NCBI GenBank assembly: GCA_039096225.1
Contig: JBBPEB010000007.1
Span: 1,116,001-1,180,000, forward strand
Source of the DNA: Blastocystis sp. Blastoise
Taxonomy: Eukaryota; Protista; Bigyra: Opalinata
Length of the DNA: 64,000 nucleotides
Reading direction: 5' to 3'
The notes beneath the pieces are model-generated. The model was not told where the DNA came from. It searched no databases and saw only the letters and a program-made list of their open reading frames with translations. Positions 20,388-40,356 of the stretch are shown in pieces; position 1 is the stretch's first letter, and the number at the start of each line of letters is the position of its first letter. A program made the position numbers and the translations under genes.

Positions 20388-21986
20388 TTAAGAAATATGA
20401 GAATCGCTCGTATTATCCCCGCGGGAATTCATTGAGAATTCTGAATGTGTTTGTATATCTTGAAGAGAAGAGAGAGAGATGGAGAAAGAGTTCTGAAGTT
20501 GTTTATAAGCATAAGTAATAGAATGATTATCATTAATAAGACGCTATATATAGAGTATATATATTATATTATATATAGAGTATATATATATATATATTAT
20601 ATTATAAATTTATAGTAGATAGAGTATATATATAATATAATATTATATATATTATTTAGTATCTATTATATTTAAACATTACTAGATAAAGAAATAAATC
20701 TTTTAAAAGATTAAAAGAAAATAAAAAACATTAAAAGAAAATAGCATATAATATTAGAAAAAAAATAGAAAAATAATATTATAAGTGTATTCTATAGATA
20801 TATATATACATCATTTTCTTCTTTGAGTCTTGCAATTTCAGCTTGATACTTAGAAATCATTTCAGCCTGTTCCTTAATCTTTCCCTGTTGGTCTTTATAT
20901 AGATCATCACTATATATATAGTATATATAGTCATTTATAGATAGATATATAAAGTAATTCAATATATAAAAAATATACTATAATAAACATATATAAAACA
21001 TATATATATACATAGTAAATGTAGTTTTATGACACGTTGTCATATGATTGGTCAATTCATTAATTTGATCAAATTCTTTGGAACATATATTACATATATT
21101 ATATTTTGCTTTTAAATGTGTTTTAGCATGTTTATTTAAGTTATTTGCCGTTAAGAACCGTTTACCACAACTACAAACATAATTACGAACTCCGAGATGT
21201 GTTTTCAAATGATAATTTAAACTCGCTGCACTAGGGTAAGCATTTGAACATCCAGGGTACCTATAGAATATATTCATAGAAATATAATAGTATTAGAAAT
21301 AATATTATTCAATATATTATTATTCAATATAATATTATTTAATATATTACATAATAATTTATATCTCTATCTAAGAACTAGTATATTTATCTTGAAATAA
21401 TAATGTGTATATATACGTGCATTGATAAGGTTTTTCTCCTTTATGAATACGCTCATGTTGCTTACAATTGCTATATATATATATTATAATAATAGTAAAA
21501 ATCATAAAATATCTATATACGTGGAAGTAGTAAATGTTTTATCACAATAACTACACTTATATCGTTTATGCATATGTAATTCTTTATGTCGATTTAACGT
21601 TCCTCTTTGAGAAAAAGATTTCTGACATATAGGACATATGAAACTATATTTAAAAAATCAGTTACAGCAATCAATCCAAAAACATATTTAAGAAAATAAA
21701 AAAATAGTAAAATGAAAAAAAAACTAACAAAACAGATATGAATAATAAATTTACATACGGTTTTTCACCAGTATGAACACGCATATGACGATCTAAATCA
21801 GACTTTGAACTAAAAGATTTATGACATCCCTATAAAAATAAAGCAGAATAATATGAATTCATATACATCATAACTGCAATCGAATGTATTCAATTTAGGC
21901 TTCAAAGGATGATCAGGAATTGCAGATATTAGTGAAGAGGGCATACAGTCTGTATGAAAAAGAGGTGGTAATTCGTTGCTATCCAT
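20388..21986 (-). CDS. C2H2 zinc-finger protein (six fingers, C-terminal coiled coil)
   Basis: Spliced fingers with TGEKP and KGEKP linkers across seven coding exons. A probable 5'-UTR intron lies at ~21991-22081. Confidence 0.88.
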
Positions 21987-23131
21987 TCTTCTGATATAAA
22001 ATCAAAATAAACTAATAAAAGAAAATGAAAGAATTATAAAAATAAGTAAAGAAAAAAAGAACAATGACTAAAAGTTGAAACCTTTATTTCCATTTCTTAT
22101 TCATTCATTTCGGTATTAAGGATAGATTCTTCATGAATTGAATTCTGATCTTCGTCGTGAATTCAGACGACAAAATGGCGGTAATGACAGAATTCAGCAG
22201 ATTTCAACGAAGATCTTCATATGTTTGAATTGTTACAAAATAATCATGATAAAAAAGTGTTATTATAAATAACATATTAAAACTTATCAAATGGTTTCTT
22301 TATTTAGTGTATACAACTAAGGAGTACAATCATTTGTTACCTAAATGTATCTATAACTGTTTGTATAATTTTTAATTTGAAACTAATGTAGAATTTTACT
22401 AATTGCGAGAATCTCTTAGAAATTTATGATAAATAATAATTGAAATTAATATGAGTTTGTGAGCTAAGTTAAATATAATGAACATTTATAGTTTCTTGTA
22501 TTCGCTATCAGCTTTTTTAATAAATGTGATTGTTGTTCTTCATTATTGAAAAAGATTCTGTTTGCTTCATAGCGTTTCTTTTTATCTATAGTGTATAACC
22601 CAGAGTCATCATTGAGTGAAAAGTAATTCCAGTTAATTACATATATAGTTGCAAATTATTGAAATAGTCAAGAAGAACTATATGACGTTGTTTTTATAGA
22701 ACTATATATATTTATATAAATATATACGTTAGCATAATGAAATACAATAGAATATTAGAAAATCTATACTAAAGTGGTATTCTATATATACTACTTTTTA
22801 TACTGAGTATGAATAATTAAATTACCCAGTTATATATAAGTATACTGTCATTTCTGTGTTTTCTTGAAATGATCGCAGTAATTTCTTCGAGGAATGAGTA
22901 TTAATGATAATTCAAATCTAATATATATCAATACTGTTAAGCAATCAATTTTTATTTTTATTTAAAACAAAACCATTAAAAACGTATACCATAAAACAGA
23001 ATACAATAAAAAATAATATATATATAAATAATTAAAGAAATAACATCTAGTAAAACAAAGAATTTTTATTAAATAATGATATTACGAAATAATATCATTC
23101 ACATGAATAGAATAGTATGATAATATGATAA

Positions 23132-25480
<2,349 letters not shown>

Positions 25481-25883
25481 ATTAGTTATTTTGTTATTAG
25501 AATCAATAAAGTCTGTATTCAATAATTAGTATACAACTATTTTGAAAAAAAAACGAAAAAAAAGTAAAACTACCAAATAAAACATTATTCACGGGAAAAA
25601 TGGACAGATCACTGAGAAAAATAGGAAAATACTGATTATTTCAAAATATGCAAAAGAAAAGAAAGAATCAAAATGAAACTTACCAAACAAAATACTTCAT
25701 TCCATGACAACAAATAAAACACTCAAAAAAAAAGTTTACCATAAAAAATCATTTTTAAGTCGAAATTGTGGAAATGTTCGTGATTATTCGATTCTTTAGA
25801 ACAATTCAATTAAAAATAGGCAAAAACTCTATTATTCTTTAGAATTATACATATATTACTATTTCTATCAACTAAGAAAGACT

Positions 25884-27911
25884 ATGCTATCCAATATGTT
25901 AAGAAAGATGACTGTCTCAACGAGATCGGTCTCCCTTTCTTATCAATCAATGAGTATTTTATTCATAAACGTATCGTTAGTTTTATTTATATAGTTAAGC
26001 AACCTATTTTCTCGGAGAAATCATATCGATTCTTCACTACTATACCCGAATTTAATCTTACGGATAATCGTAAATCAACTCGATTAGCCATAAAAAGTGA
26101 TAACAAGATAAGTAGGTTTGAACATCAAAAGAACAAAGATTTAACAAATAAATGGGATACACAATTAACTGAACAAGACTATATAGATATCAGTGAGATG
26201 AGTCAGAAGTTAACAAACATGATGTATGCACCAAAAACAGATGGATTTGAACTAGAATTAAAAGATATTAACGTCGATGAAAAAATGAAACAAATTCGTA
26301 AAACTGGTATTCTACCTGAACGAGTATATACTCGTAAGATGATTCGTATTTTAGGTTCTCAGAAGAAATTAGAAGACGCTGAGTATCTCTGGAAGAAGAT
26401 GGAAGAACAAGGAGAAAGTCGAGATATTTGGGAATATACTGCGATAATGTCTGCTTACTGTGAAAGTGGAAATATTCAGAAAGTTGAAGAAATTATGAAA
26501 TTAGCTGAAACACGTGGTATTATTTGTGATAATTATTGTTATAGTATTTATATAAAGTCATTAGTGAACAATGGTAGTATAACAAAAGCATGTAAAGTAT
26601 TAAATGATATGTGGATAAAAAAAGGAATTATGCCCGATAATATTACATTTAGTATACTTATTAAAGGATGTATGGATAAGAAACAATATGATCGACTTTG
26701 GGAATTATATAATTTAATGAAAACATATATAGGAGAACCCGATGTTATTACTTCATCTCTTATGATTAAAGTATTAAGTTATACAAATCGATTTGAAGAA
26801 GCTATGAATATATTTGAAACAGTTGATAAAGTTCAACCTGTAACACAAGGCTTATATCATTCTATTATGTCAACTACTGCCAAATCTCAAAAATATGAAT
26901 TAGCAACATTTACATATTTTGAAAGAATGAAAAGAGATAATTTTATTCCTAATTTACAAAGTTATAATATTCTTTTAAAAGCGTGTGCTACTTCTGGAGA
27001 TCTAGTTAAAGCTAATGAAGTATGTTGTATAAATATTAATATTGTTTTTTTTTTATTATAATATTATTTTTATAGTTTATATTTTTTAGTTATTTTTAAA
27101 TATATTTTAATTATATAATTATGTTAATACATTTTAAAGTTGTCTTTATATTTAATACTATAAATAATAATCAAATCATAATAATAATTAAATCATTATA
27201 ATAATAATAATAATAATAATAATAAATCATTATAATTATAATAATCATAATAATATATAGGTATTAAGACAATTAGAAGAAGATGGTCTTGTTCCTGATT
27301 CTTATACATATACATATTTATTAAAATGTTTATCTCGTGCTTCTCACAATGGTCTTCCTTATCCGGAGCATCCCGTGGGAAATCGACGATATACACCGGA
27401 TGAATTAGAGAAAGAAGAGATTTATGAGTATAATAAGAAAGATGTTCTAGATATAGAGACTATAAAGAATCGTTTATATTTAAATAAAGGAGGTACTATT
27501 AAAGATTATGAAGATGATGATGGAAGTATTAATGTTAATAAAAAGAATTATATACAATCAAAATATGCTCTTGGTTCAGAGAAGAAGATGTTAAGAGGAC
27601 ATGAACAGAAAGGAGGAGAAGAAGAAGAAGAAATTGATTTATATGATAAATTATATAATCAGAAGAAGATAAGAGAGAAGGAATCAACGGAAATTGATAT
27701 TGATATTGATAAGGATAATCTTATTAAGAAGGAAATGAATATAACAGAAGAAGAAGAAGCCTATGTTAAAGAACTTATTAAAAACCAAATATTAATGAAT
27801 AGACAAAAAATTAAAATGAATGGAAACTCACTTTCCCACGGGAATTCTTTCCTTCAACCTACCCAAAAAACTTCAACACAATCAAAAGACATGTCTCTCA
27901 TGGAAGGTATA

Positions 27912-28010
<99 letters not shown>

Positions 28011-28230
28011 GAGGATTGGGAATCAGAATTGAAAGAAGGATATAAACAGGCTCTAAGTCTATATACACAACAAAATCCTGATTCTACTACTAATTCTGTC
28101 TCTTTAGATTCCTCTACAACCATTAAGGGAAGAGGAAGAAAGATCCATTCCCACGGGAATCCAGATACAAAATTAAACGAAGCTCGTTGGATGGAAGCTA
28201 TTAATAGTGTTCTTAATCATGATGTATATA

Positions 28231-28294
<64 letters not shown>

Positions 28295-29182
28295 TTATTA
28301 TTATTATTATTATTATATATTAATAATAATAATATAAATATATATATTATTTCTATTCATGCATTCAATATATATAGGCTACCTATATAACTCCAGAGAA
28401 AACAGAAAAAGAGAAAGAGGAGGATAAGTATATACAAAAAGTTAATGATATTCAAGAAGAACTACAATTTATAAAGGGACATAAACCATCTAGTTATGAA
28501 CTTATTCAAGCTATTCATAATATCCCAATTCCCACGGGAGATATGACCGAGACTAAGAGTACGGAGACAACTACATCTTTTGTGCGTCATCGTAGCAGTA
28601 GCCAATCGATTGCTGAGAAACAAAAAGAGAAAGAAAAGAAACAAAGTTTAACAACTATAAATGATTCAATCTCTATAAATCCTGTATGTTATATATTATT
28701 AATATATATATATCTTCATTACCTCTATTATTATTCTACATATTTGTTTCTCTATATAATTCTTATTATAGACTTCTTTATTCCTATTGTCTTCCCCCGC
28801 GGGAATGGACTCTCTTGTAGATCTCAATATTCGATATTTGGTACATAAAGCTCATAAAACAGATATATATACCTATGTTCGCAAAGAGGCAACTAGAGTA
28901 TTTGAAGAAGGAATTAAGGTATATATGTGTATAATATAAATTATATTATAGTCTAGAATATAATATATATATATTCAACTGATATACTTATATATAACTT
29001 TTGCTTATTATGATTATTATATAGAATCTTGGTAAGCCTACGAAAGAGATGTTGAACGCTTATGTTCAGAGTTTCACGGAATGCTATGCATTGAATATAG
29101 CTATAGAAAAGGCTAAACTATTTCAGGTATATATATATATGTTATTATTATTATTATTATTATTATTATGTTTATTATTATG

Positions 29183-29255
<73 letters not shown>

Positions 29256-29851
29256 GACCTATGGTTATGAATATGATGAGGTTACCTATCACAATCTGAT
29301 TACTATGTATATAAAGACCAAGAGATTTGAAAAGGCTTCTGAACTCGTTAAAGAGATGGAAGAGAAACATTTGACACCACGACCTGAAACCTATGGAGAA
29401 ATTGTATATATATAACATTATAAATATTATTAATATATTTATATTCATATATAAATCCATTTTCATTTTATTATATATATATATATTAGATTGATGGATA
29501 TGCCCGTAAAAATGACTTGGAACAATGTTTATTAATATTAACATATATAAAAGAAAAAGGATTAAAATATCCAAAAGAAAAATATCTTGAAAAATGTAGA
29601 GTTCTTTGTCTTGTATATATATATATAACTCCTTTAAATACATTATTTTTATACATGATATATGTATATATATATAACTCCTTTAAAAATATTATTTTTA
29701 TACATGATATATATATATATAGAAAAAAGGTTTAATTAATCACCCCTCTTTACCGCCAAATCCATTTGAGTATGCCCACGAGTTTTATACTGCGCAAAAG
29801 AAACAGACTCGCGTTTCTAGAAAAAGAACACAACAAGTTCTTCGAAAATAA
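25884..29851 (+). CDS. Pentatricopeptide-repeat protein, probably mitochondrion/MRO-targeted
   Basis: PPR motifs (YTAIMSAYCESG, PDNITFSILIKGC, PNLQSYNILLKAC, TYHNLITMY) and a basic S/R-rich N-terminus MLSNMLRKMTVSTRSVS. Ten exons join in frame. Confidence 0.88.
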
Positions 29852-30399
29852 AGAGAAAATTGTTTTTATTTTTTTTTGCTGTTTTTATTTCATTCATTTA
29901 ATTATGTACATTTTTCACTTAATTATCAAAAACAAACTTATTTTAATTCGTTCTTTATATGTTATTTGTGTGTCGATTTGTTAGACTTTCTTATCAGTTT
30001 ATTCTTTGGGATTTGTTAATGTTTTGTTTGTTACATTATTTAAATTCATATAAACATTATTTTATAAATATATGCATACTAACAATTAGTTTAATAAAAT
30101 ATCATATTATTTTGGAAGCAAAAAAAAAATAATCCACCAAGAAACGGTATAAAAATCAATGATTACTCTTTTAAAAAAATATTTTAGTCATGTTTATTAT
30201 ATCTAAATTTATTTCAAAGACTTATAACGAAATCACAAAAACGTAGAATCAGCAATCTTCAGATTTTTCATATACTTATTGTCTCTTTGTTATTCTAGAT
30301 CATTTCTATCACAATAATGTGCATACTAGCATAGAAACAGAAATATTCATAAACGGAGCAACTTTTTTAAATGTGTTTTTCGCTTTTAAACAATTAAAA

Positions 30400-31759
30400 A
30401 TGATAATAATATACTTGGTTTTATTTGTATCTGTTGTCCTATCGATGCCACTTCATTTTCATCATGGGCAATTTAAGATTATGCAGATGACTGATCTTCA
30501 CATTGGTGATGATCAAGAAAAGGATGATCTTACAGAAATTCAAATGAGGAATTTAATTGAATTTGAAAAGCCAGATCTCGTCGTAGTCACAGGAGACTTT
30601 ATTGCAGGTAAATTAGGTTTATTTTGTTATTTTTCTCGTTTTTATTGTAGTTCTTGTTGCTTTTTTAACTTTTGTGTAAATGAATTTTTATAGGAACAGC
30701 ATGGAATCATACAAAAGGATGGTTTAAAAGTAAATGGATTCAGGCAACACGACCTTTTGAAACAATGAAAGTTCCCTATGTTTATTTATTAGGAAATCAC
30801 GATGATGAAGGTGAGTTGAATCGAAAAGAAATCATCACATTAGATATGCAAAATAAGTATAGTTTGACACAAATAGGTCCAGAGGAATGTCTTGGTGCAG
30901 GAAATGTATTTTTATATTATATAAACATATTTATGAATAGAGTTTGATAATTTATTATATACAATGAGTACCTAATAAATATATAATAAATACATTATTC
31001 TAAACATAGTTTTTTCTTCCATTATATGGTTCTACGAATATGACGAAGGTAGTATCCACCCTCTGGTTCTTTGACTCTATGGGATATGATTGTAATGGAA
31101 TTAAAGGATACGGCTGTGTAAGCAACTCCACAGGTATATATAGATTTATTATTTATTGTGTATTTATTATATTATTATTTATTATTTATTATTTATTATT
31201 TATTATTTACTATTTATTATTTATTATTTATTATTTATTATTTATTATTTATTATTTATTATTTATTATTTATTATTTATTATTTATTATTTATTATTTA
31301 TTATTTATTATTTATTATTTATTATTTATTATTTATTATTTATTATTTATTATATATTATATTATTATATTATTATTAATTATATATAGTAAATTGGTAT
31401 TTAAAAGAAAGTTACCGCCTTCAGCACGTGCATGGACTGACTCCTGGACTGGCTTTTCAGCATATAGCGACAAGACAATTCATGGATGCTTGGAATAAAC
31501 CTGAATATATTAAATTGGGTGAAAAACATGAAGTGACAGGGTGTTCGTCATCGGAAAGTGGTGAATATGACGCATTCGTTTATAGGTATTTATTATCATG
31601 ATATATATGTATTCGATAATGTCTTTCATAGATTATTGTTATTATTATTATAATATATATTTCTATTATTTATATATCTATTAACATATATAAAGAAACG
31701 AAATTAACGGTCTTTTTGTGGGTCATGATCACGTGAATGATTATATAACCAATTATAAT

Positions 31760-31839
<80 letters not shown>

Positions 31840-32047
31840 TATATATTTGGCCTATGGAATGAAAACCGGTTTCGGTGGATATGGACCCTGTTCATGGAAA
31901 GAAAGAGGAGTTAGAATGATTATACTGAATGAGCAATTCCCACGGGAATGGAGTACATATATTCAAACAGAGTCGAATAAAAGGATTGACCAAATTAATA
32001 TGAACTGGAGAAACGGAACACAATTCAAATGTGATTTAGAAGCTTAA
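30400..32047 (+). CDS. Secreted calcineurin-like metallophosphoesterase (DCR2/purple acid phosphatase-like)
   Basis: Signal peptide plus TDLHIG, PDLVVVTGD, GNHD and GHDHVND motifs. Six exons. Confidence 0.9.
31761..31838 (+). repeat. 78-nt intron consisting only of GT(AT)nAG
   Basis: Removing it restores NYNG|IYLAYG in frame. The interior is a pure AT dinucleotide repeat. Confidence 0.85.
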
Positions 32048-32669
32048 TGAATCTCAATTCTATTTATTATTTTTTTTATATTTAGCCATATTTTTATTAC
32101 TGTTGACTATTATAATGAATTCAGTCTATAATATTATGATGAATACATCTATTCCTATGTTTAGAATATAAAAATATATAAATATCTATTTTTAACTCAT
32201 TTTTACAACATATTATTTTGATAGTAACGTCTTAACAAATGCAAAATATACATAACATATATATCATCTATTATAATATCTATCTTATGTCTATAATATA
32301 AATACTTTTCTTTTGATATTATTAGAAATGAAGAAGACAACACAAAACATAAGTTCATAATAACAACGTGAACAGTTAAAATATACATAATAATAGAAGA
32401 AGAATTGATTTTAGTAAATTGAAAGGTAAACAATATAAATCTTTATATAAAAAATACATATAGAAAAATATAAAAACGAATATACATAGAGAAAAAATAG
32501 TAAATAAAAGTATCTATATACATAGATCAATAATAATGTTGAAATATATATATATAGTCTAGAAATTTCTAATTATAATAAATTTTGAAAGAGAATATGA
32601 AGATGAATGATTCAAATTATATATATATATATATATAATAGGATTAGTAAATGAAAATATTCAATTTGT

Positions 32670-33996
<1,327 letters not shown>

Positions 33997-35148
33997 GTTG
34001 AAGGCAAGATTATTCAAGTATTGTTTTTAAGAATATGAATGACGGTTTTTAAAAGCTAAAATGGAAAGAAATTTTTTCATGAATAAAATGGAATTCTAAG
34101 TATGATTTAGAAATGTTTCGTTTTTATTTTATTTTTGTACAGATTAGCAATATCACTTATTCACTCATTTTAAAGTTTTCTCACATATAATTGTATTCAC
34201 AGGTCTTCATAAAGATGATCATTTTATATTTGTTTTTATTTTTTTATTTGTTGACAAATGAGTCATATCATTAATAAGTCAGCTATTTGTTTCTCATATT
34301 GAGGATTTCGGTTATAGAAATTATTGAGAAAACAAATATGATATTTGATAATAAAAATTCTTAATAAAAAGTGGTTTTACTGTTCAAAAAGTAATAGAGA
34401 ACAAAAGAGTATAGGGTGTTATAAGAACAGTATCAATGAGTATTGATTTGAAATAATTTCATGATAATGAGTATAAAAAAAGAAGAACTAATTACTGATT
34501 TGGTGTATAAAATCAAAAGAAAACAATAAATATATATGAAATACAACAGAGATCGTTTAGAAATTGAAAACAATGTGAATAGAAATATATAGCATAGTAA
34601 ATATATATATCAAAAAATGAATAATATGTAAATGGTATATTGAGAATCTCAGAAATATATAAAATGAATATATATATTACTTCATATATATATATGAAGA
34701 AGAATAAAAAAAATGTGAGTAGAATGGAACTATTCCTCGAAAAAACAATAATATATATATGTATATATACACTATATAAATTATTAAAAGGAATAGAAAT
34801 AAAAACAAATTACATTCATAAAAAATATATATATATTCAAAAGCAATGAGATTCTAGAAAAAATATACATATAAATCAATTACATATAATAATATAAACA
34901 AAAAATTATTTAAATAAAAACATACATATATATATATACAAAAAAACGTGTAAAACAAAAAGAATAATTATTGTAAGATATATTAAGAAAAAGAGAATAT
35001 GAAGAAGGTATATATATTGAATTATATATATATTAAATGATATATACAAATAATGTATGCTTTATATGAATATAGAATACTATATAAAACAAGCAAATAC
35101 TAAGAAATTATTATTACTATTATTATTATTATATATATATGTATATAA

Positions 35149-35449
35149 CTAGAAATCGATATTGATTCCTTTTGTTGTTACTCTTCTTTTATTCTTTCGA
35201 ACAAACAGTGTTGATATATATCCAAGTAATCCCCAAGATAGAAGAATATAAAGAAAGGAAGGCTTTAAATATATAGAGATAGGTAATAATATATATAGAA
35301 TAATTAAATTATATAGAATAATAATAATTGCGAGAAATAAAGATGATAATAAAAAAATAATAATAATATTTTATTATATATATAACTTTATGTATTAGAA
35401 TACTATTCATTATGAAATATAAAATAATAAAAATAATAATAATAATAAT

Positions 35450-35504
<55 letters not shown>

Positions 35505-35884
35505 ATCTCCATTGGATGGGTAATAAGCAAGAATAAACGGATTAATCCTATATATATATAATATATTATTTTTAAAAAGATAACATATATATATATAAGA
35601 AGATTATTTCAAAAAGATACACACATATATATATACTGTTTATTAATTGCTGAGCAATTAAATGAATTAAACGCACGTGTTGAACAGAATAATTTATATA
35701 CCAAAAGAAGAGGAGAAAAAGCAATAAATACACTATATAGAAAAGATACTATAGTTGCTATACAAATAGAATAACTAGAATAGAAGAGAATACATACACA
35801 CATAAAATACTTCGATAAAGCCCCAGTATTATAAGCAATGCGCAAAAGAAATACTATATATAATTAATATATATGTATATAACA

Positions 35885-35930
<46 letters not shown>

Positions 35931-36586
35931 CATAAAATACTAGAATTTTAGAGTCAATACGTTTAAAAGAAGAGGACGAAATAGAACTAGAAACAGAAGA
36001 AGAAGAAGAAGAAGAAGAAGGATTAGGTATTACATAATTCAATGTATATTCTAATCCACAGGAGCCATCGAGGACATAAATATCATCTAATCATATATAT
36101 AACATATATATATATATATATAAAAACAGAAAATAATAAAAAAAGAATAGTTGATATATAACTTACCAGAAGAATTGTAACCTTCACAAGATATTGCTAT
36201 ATCTCCTAAAGTAATATTTGCAGGCAGTTTTGCTTTGCATTTCCAATCAGGTTCAGATAAGTTATCTTCAACTTTATTGTAACAATAAGCAACTTCAGGA
36301 AGTAAAGAACATCCAGCAGTTCCACCAATACATGTCATTTGATTTATAGCACTAAAAGAAATGATATACCCATAAAACATAAATAAACCTACGAGTCTTT
36401 TCTTGTTGTTGTTTGTAAACCATTATAGAATATTAATTCTCGAATACTATTTAAAAGAACAGAATCATTATCATCTCTAGCAGCTACAAGTTCAGTTTGT
36501 TCTGTAGAAGTCACTTTCTTGGAATGACCTTGACTTGAGACAATAGCTATAAAGCAAAATAAGACAATAATATATTGATGACTCAT
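35149..36586 (-). CDS. SARAF: SARAF (TMEM66)-like membrane protein
   Basis: Signal peptide, QMTCIGGTAGC, WKCKA and SCEGYNSSDDIYVLDGSCGLEYTL match the SARAF luminal domain. Hydrophobic C-terminal exons. Confidence 0.82.
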
Positions 36587-36834
36587 ATTTATCTAAAAAT
36601 ATTGAAAAAAAAATTTGGTTGAAAATAATTTTCATTTTTTGTTTTTCGTCTTGCTTGTATATTTGATAGTTTATATTTCTATTTTATTTTGCTTTGCATA
36701 TATATTCTAGTATATACACTATATATGTATTAAATATATCATTGTAACACATTACAAGTGTTGTAAACAAGAAATAACGAAAAAGTGTTTTTAATCTATG
36801 ATGGTATAATCCTCTAGAAACAAAGTTCTCAGTA

Positions 36835-36907
36835 GACTCCGTAGTGCAGTGGCAAACACGCTCGCCTGACACGCGAGAGATCCCGAGTTCAATCCTCGGC
36901 GGAGTCA
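36835..36907 (+). tRNA. tRNA-Val (GAC)
   Basis: GACTCCG/CGGAGTC acceptor stem with A73, anticodon arm CTCGC-CTGACAC-GCGAG (GAC at 36868-36870), GTTCAATC T-loop and T6 terminator at 36908-36913. Confidence 0.92.
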
Positions 36908-37411
36908 TTTTTTGAAGTTTTGTTTATACATTTTTTTTTGATATTTTCTTTTTAGATATAATTTTTAAACAATATGATTAACAATACAATTCTTTTTATA
37001 TTTTAAAAATATAAGCTTCACTGAATAAAAGTGATTATGATTCAAAAGAAAAAGAAAATTAAAAAAAAAAAAAAAATATATAGAAATGAAAGTGTACAAA
37101 AGATGAATTGTAAAAAAAAAAATAGGTATATAAAAAATCAAAAGATCAAAAGAATAAATAAGTGTATAAATTAAGAAAAAAATTAGATCAAAAGAATCAA
37201 AAATATATATAACTATAAGAGTGAATTATGATAAAAAAAATCTATAATACACATCATATATGATGTAGAAAAATAAAAGAATACATAGAATTCAAAAGAC
37301 AGAATATATAAACAAAATAGATAAAAACAAAAGGATACAAATTAAATAATTAAATAATATATATATATAACATCTACGATAAACATAATTTTTAAAAATT
37401 TCAAGTTACTT

Positions 37412-37890
37412 TTAATTTGCTTTGTTACTTGCAAGTGCACTTTGAGAAGGAATAATAGCATTTAAACTATTTCCTGGAATATTAATATCCCATGAACGTT
37501 CTATTTATATAAATAATATATATATTTTATTAAATAAAAGAAAAAACAAGAAATCAAAGTGAAAGAAGAAGAAAAATAAAGTTAAATACCTAAGTAACAT
37601 AGAATGTCATCGGGTTCAACAGACTGTGCTTTACGTTGCTTAGCGATACGGCAAGACATTTCAGCAACATCATCAACAAAATCTTTAGCCATTTCAAGAA
37701 TTAACTAAGAGAAGTAAGATAAAATAGATAAAGGCAACTAGCTTAATATAATACATTTTCTACATCAGGAGTTAATTCAATCGAATTATCGAATTGAGAA
37801 ATGTATTCCCTGAGTTGAGTTTTTTCAATCTAGATAGATGCATAACGAGTTTATATCGACACTACATACTGTTGAATAATTATCAGTCAT
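37412..37890 (-). CDS. TAF12: TFIID/SAGA subunit TAF12 (histone fold)
   Basis: Four exons give IEKTQLREYISQFD...DVENLILEMAKDFVDDVAEMSCRIAKQRKAQSVEPDDILCYLERSWDINIPG, which matches the TAF12 fold. Not in the ORF track. Confidence 0.9.
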
Positions 37891-37947
37891 GATATTTGAA
37901 AGACGTCAATAAAAAACAAAATGTTCCATACATAGAGATGGGCAAAA

Positions 37948-38014
37948 GTAGCTACAAGTTTTGTGGCTACTTGTAGCTACTTTGTAGCTGAAAACAGCTA
38001 CCCAAAGTAGCTAC
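37948..38014 (+). repeat. Subterminal palindromic GTAGCTAC repeats at the element's 5' end (mirrored at ~11896-11962 in copy 1)
   Basis: GTAGCTAC x3 plus the variants GTGGCTAC, GTAGCTG and CAGCTAC within 70 bp. This pattern is typical of hAT transposase-binding subterminal repeats. Confidence 0.8.
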
Positions 38015-38089
38015 AAATTTTCATGATTTTTTCACGGGAGAAAAAAGTGGCTTTTTTTAGTGTTGTCCATCTTTATAAATAGAACTCAA

Positions 38090-40356
<2,267 letters not shown>

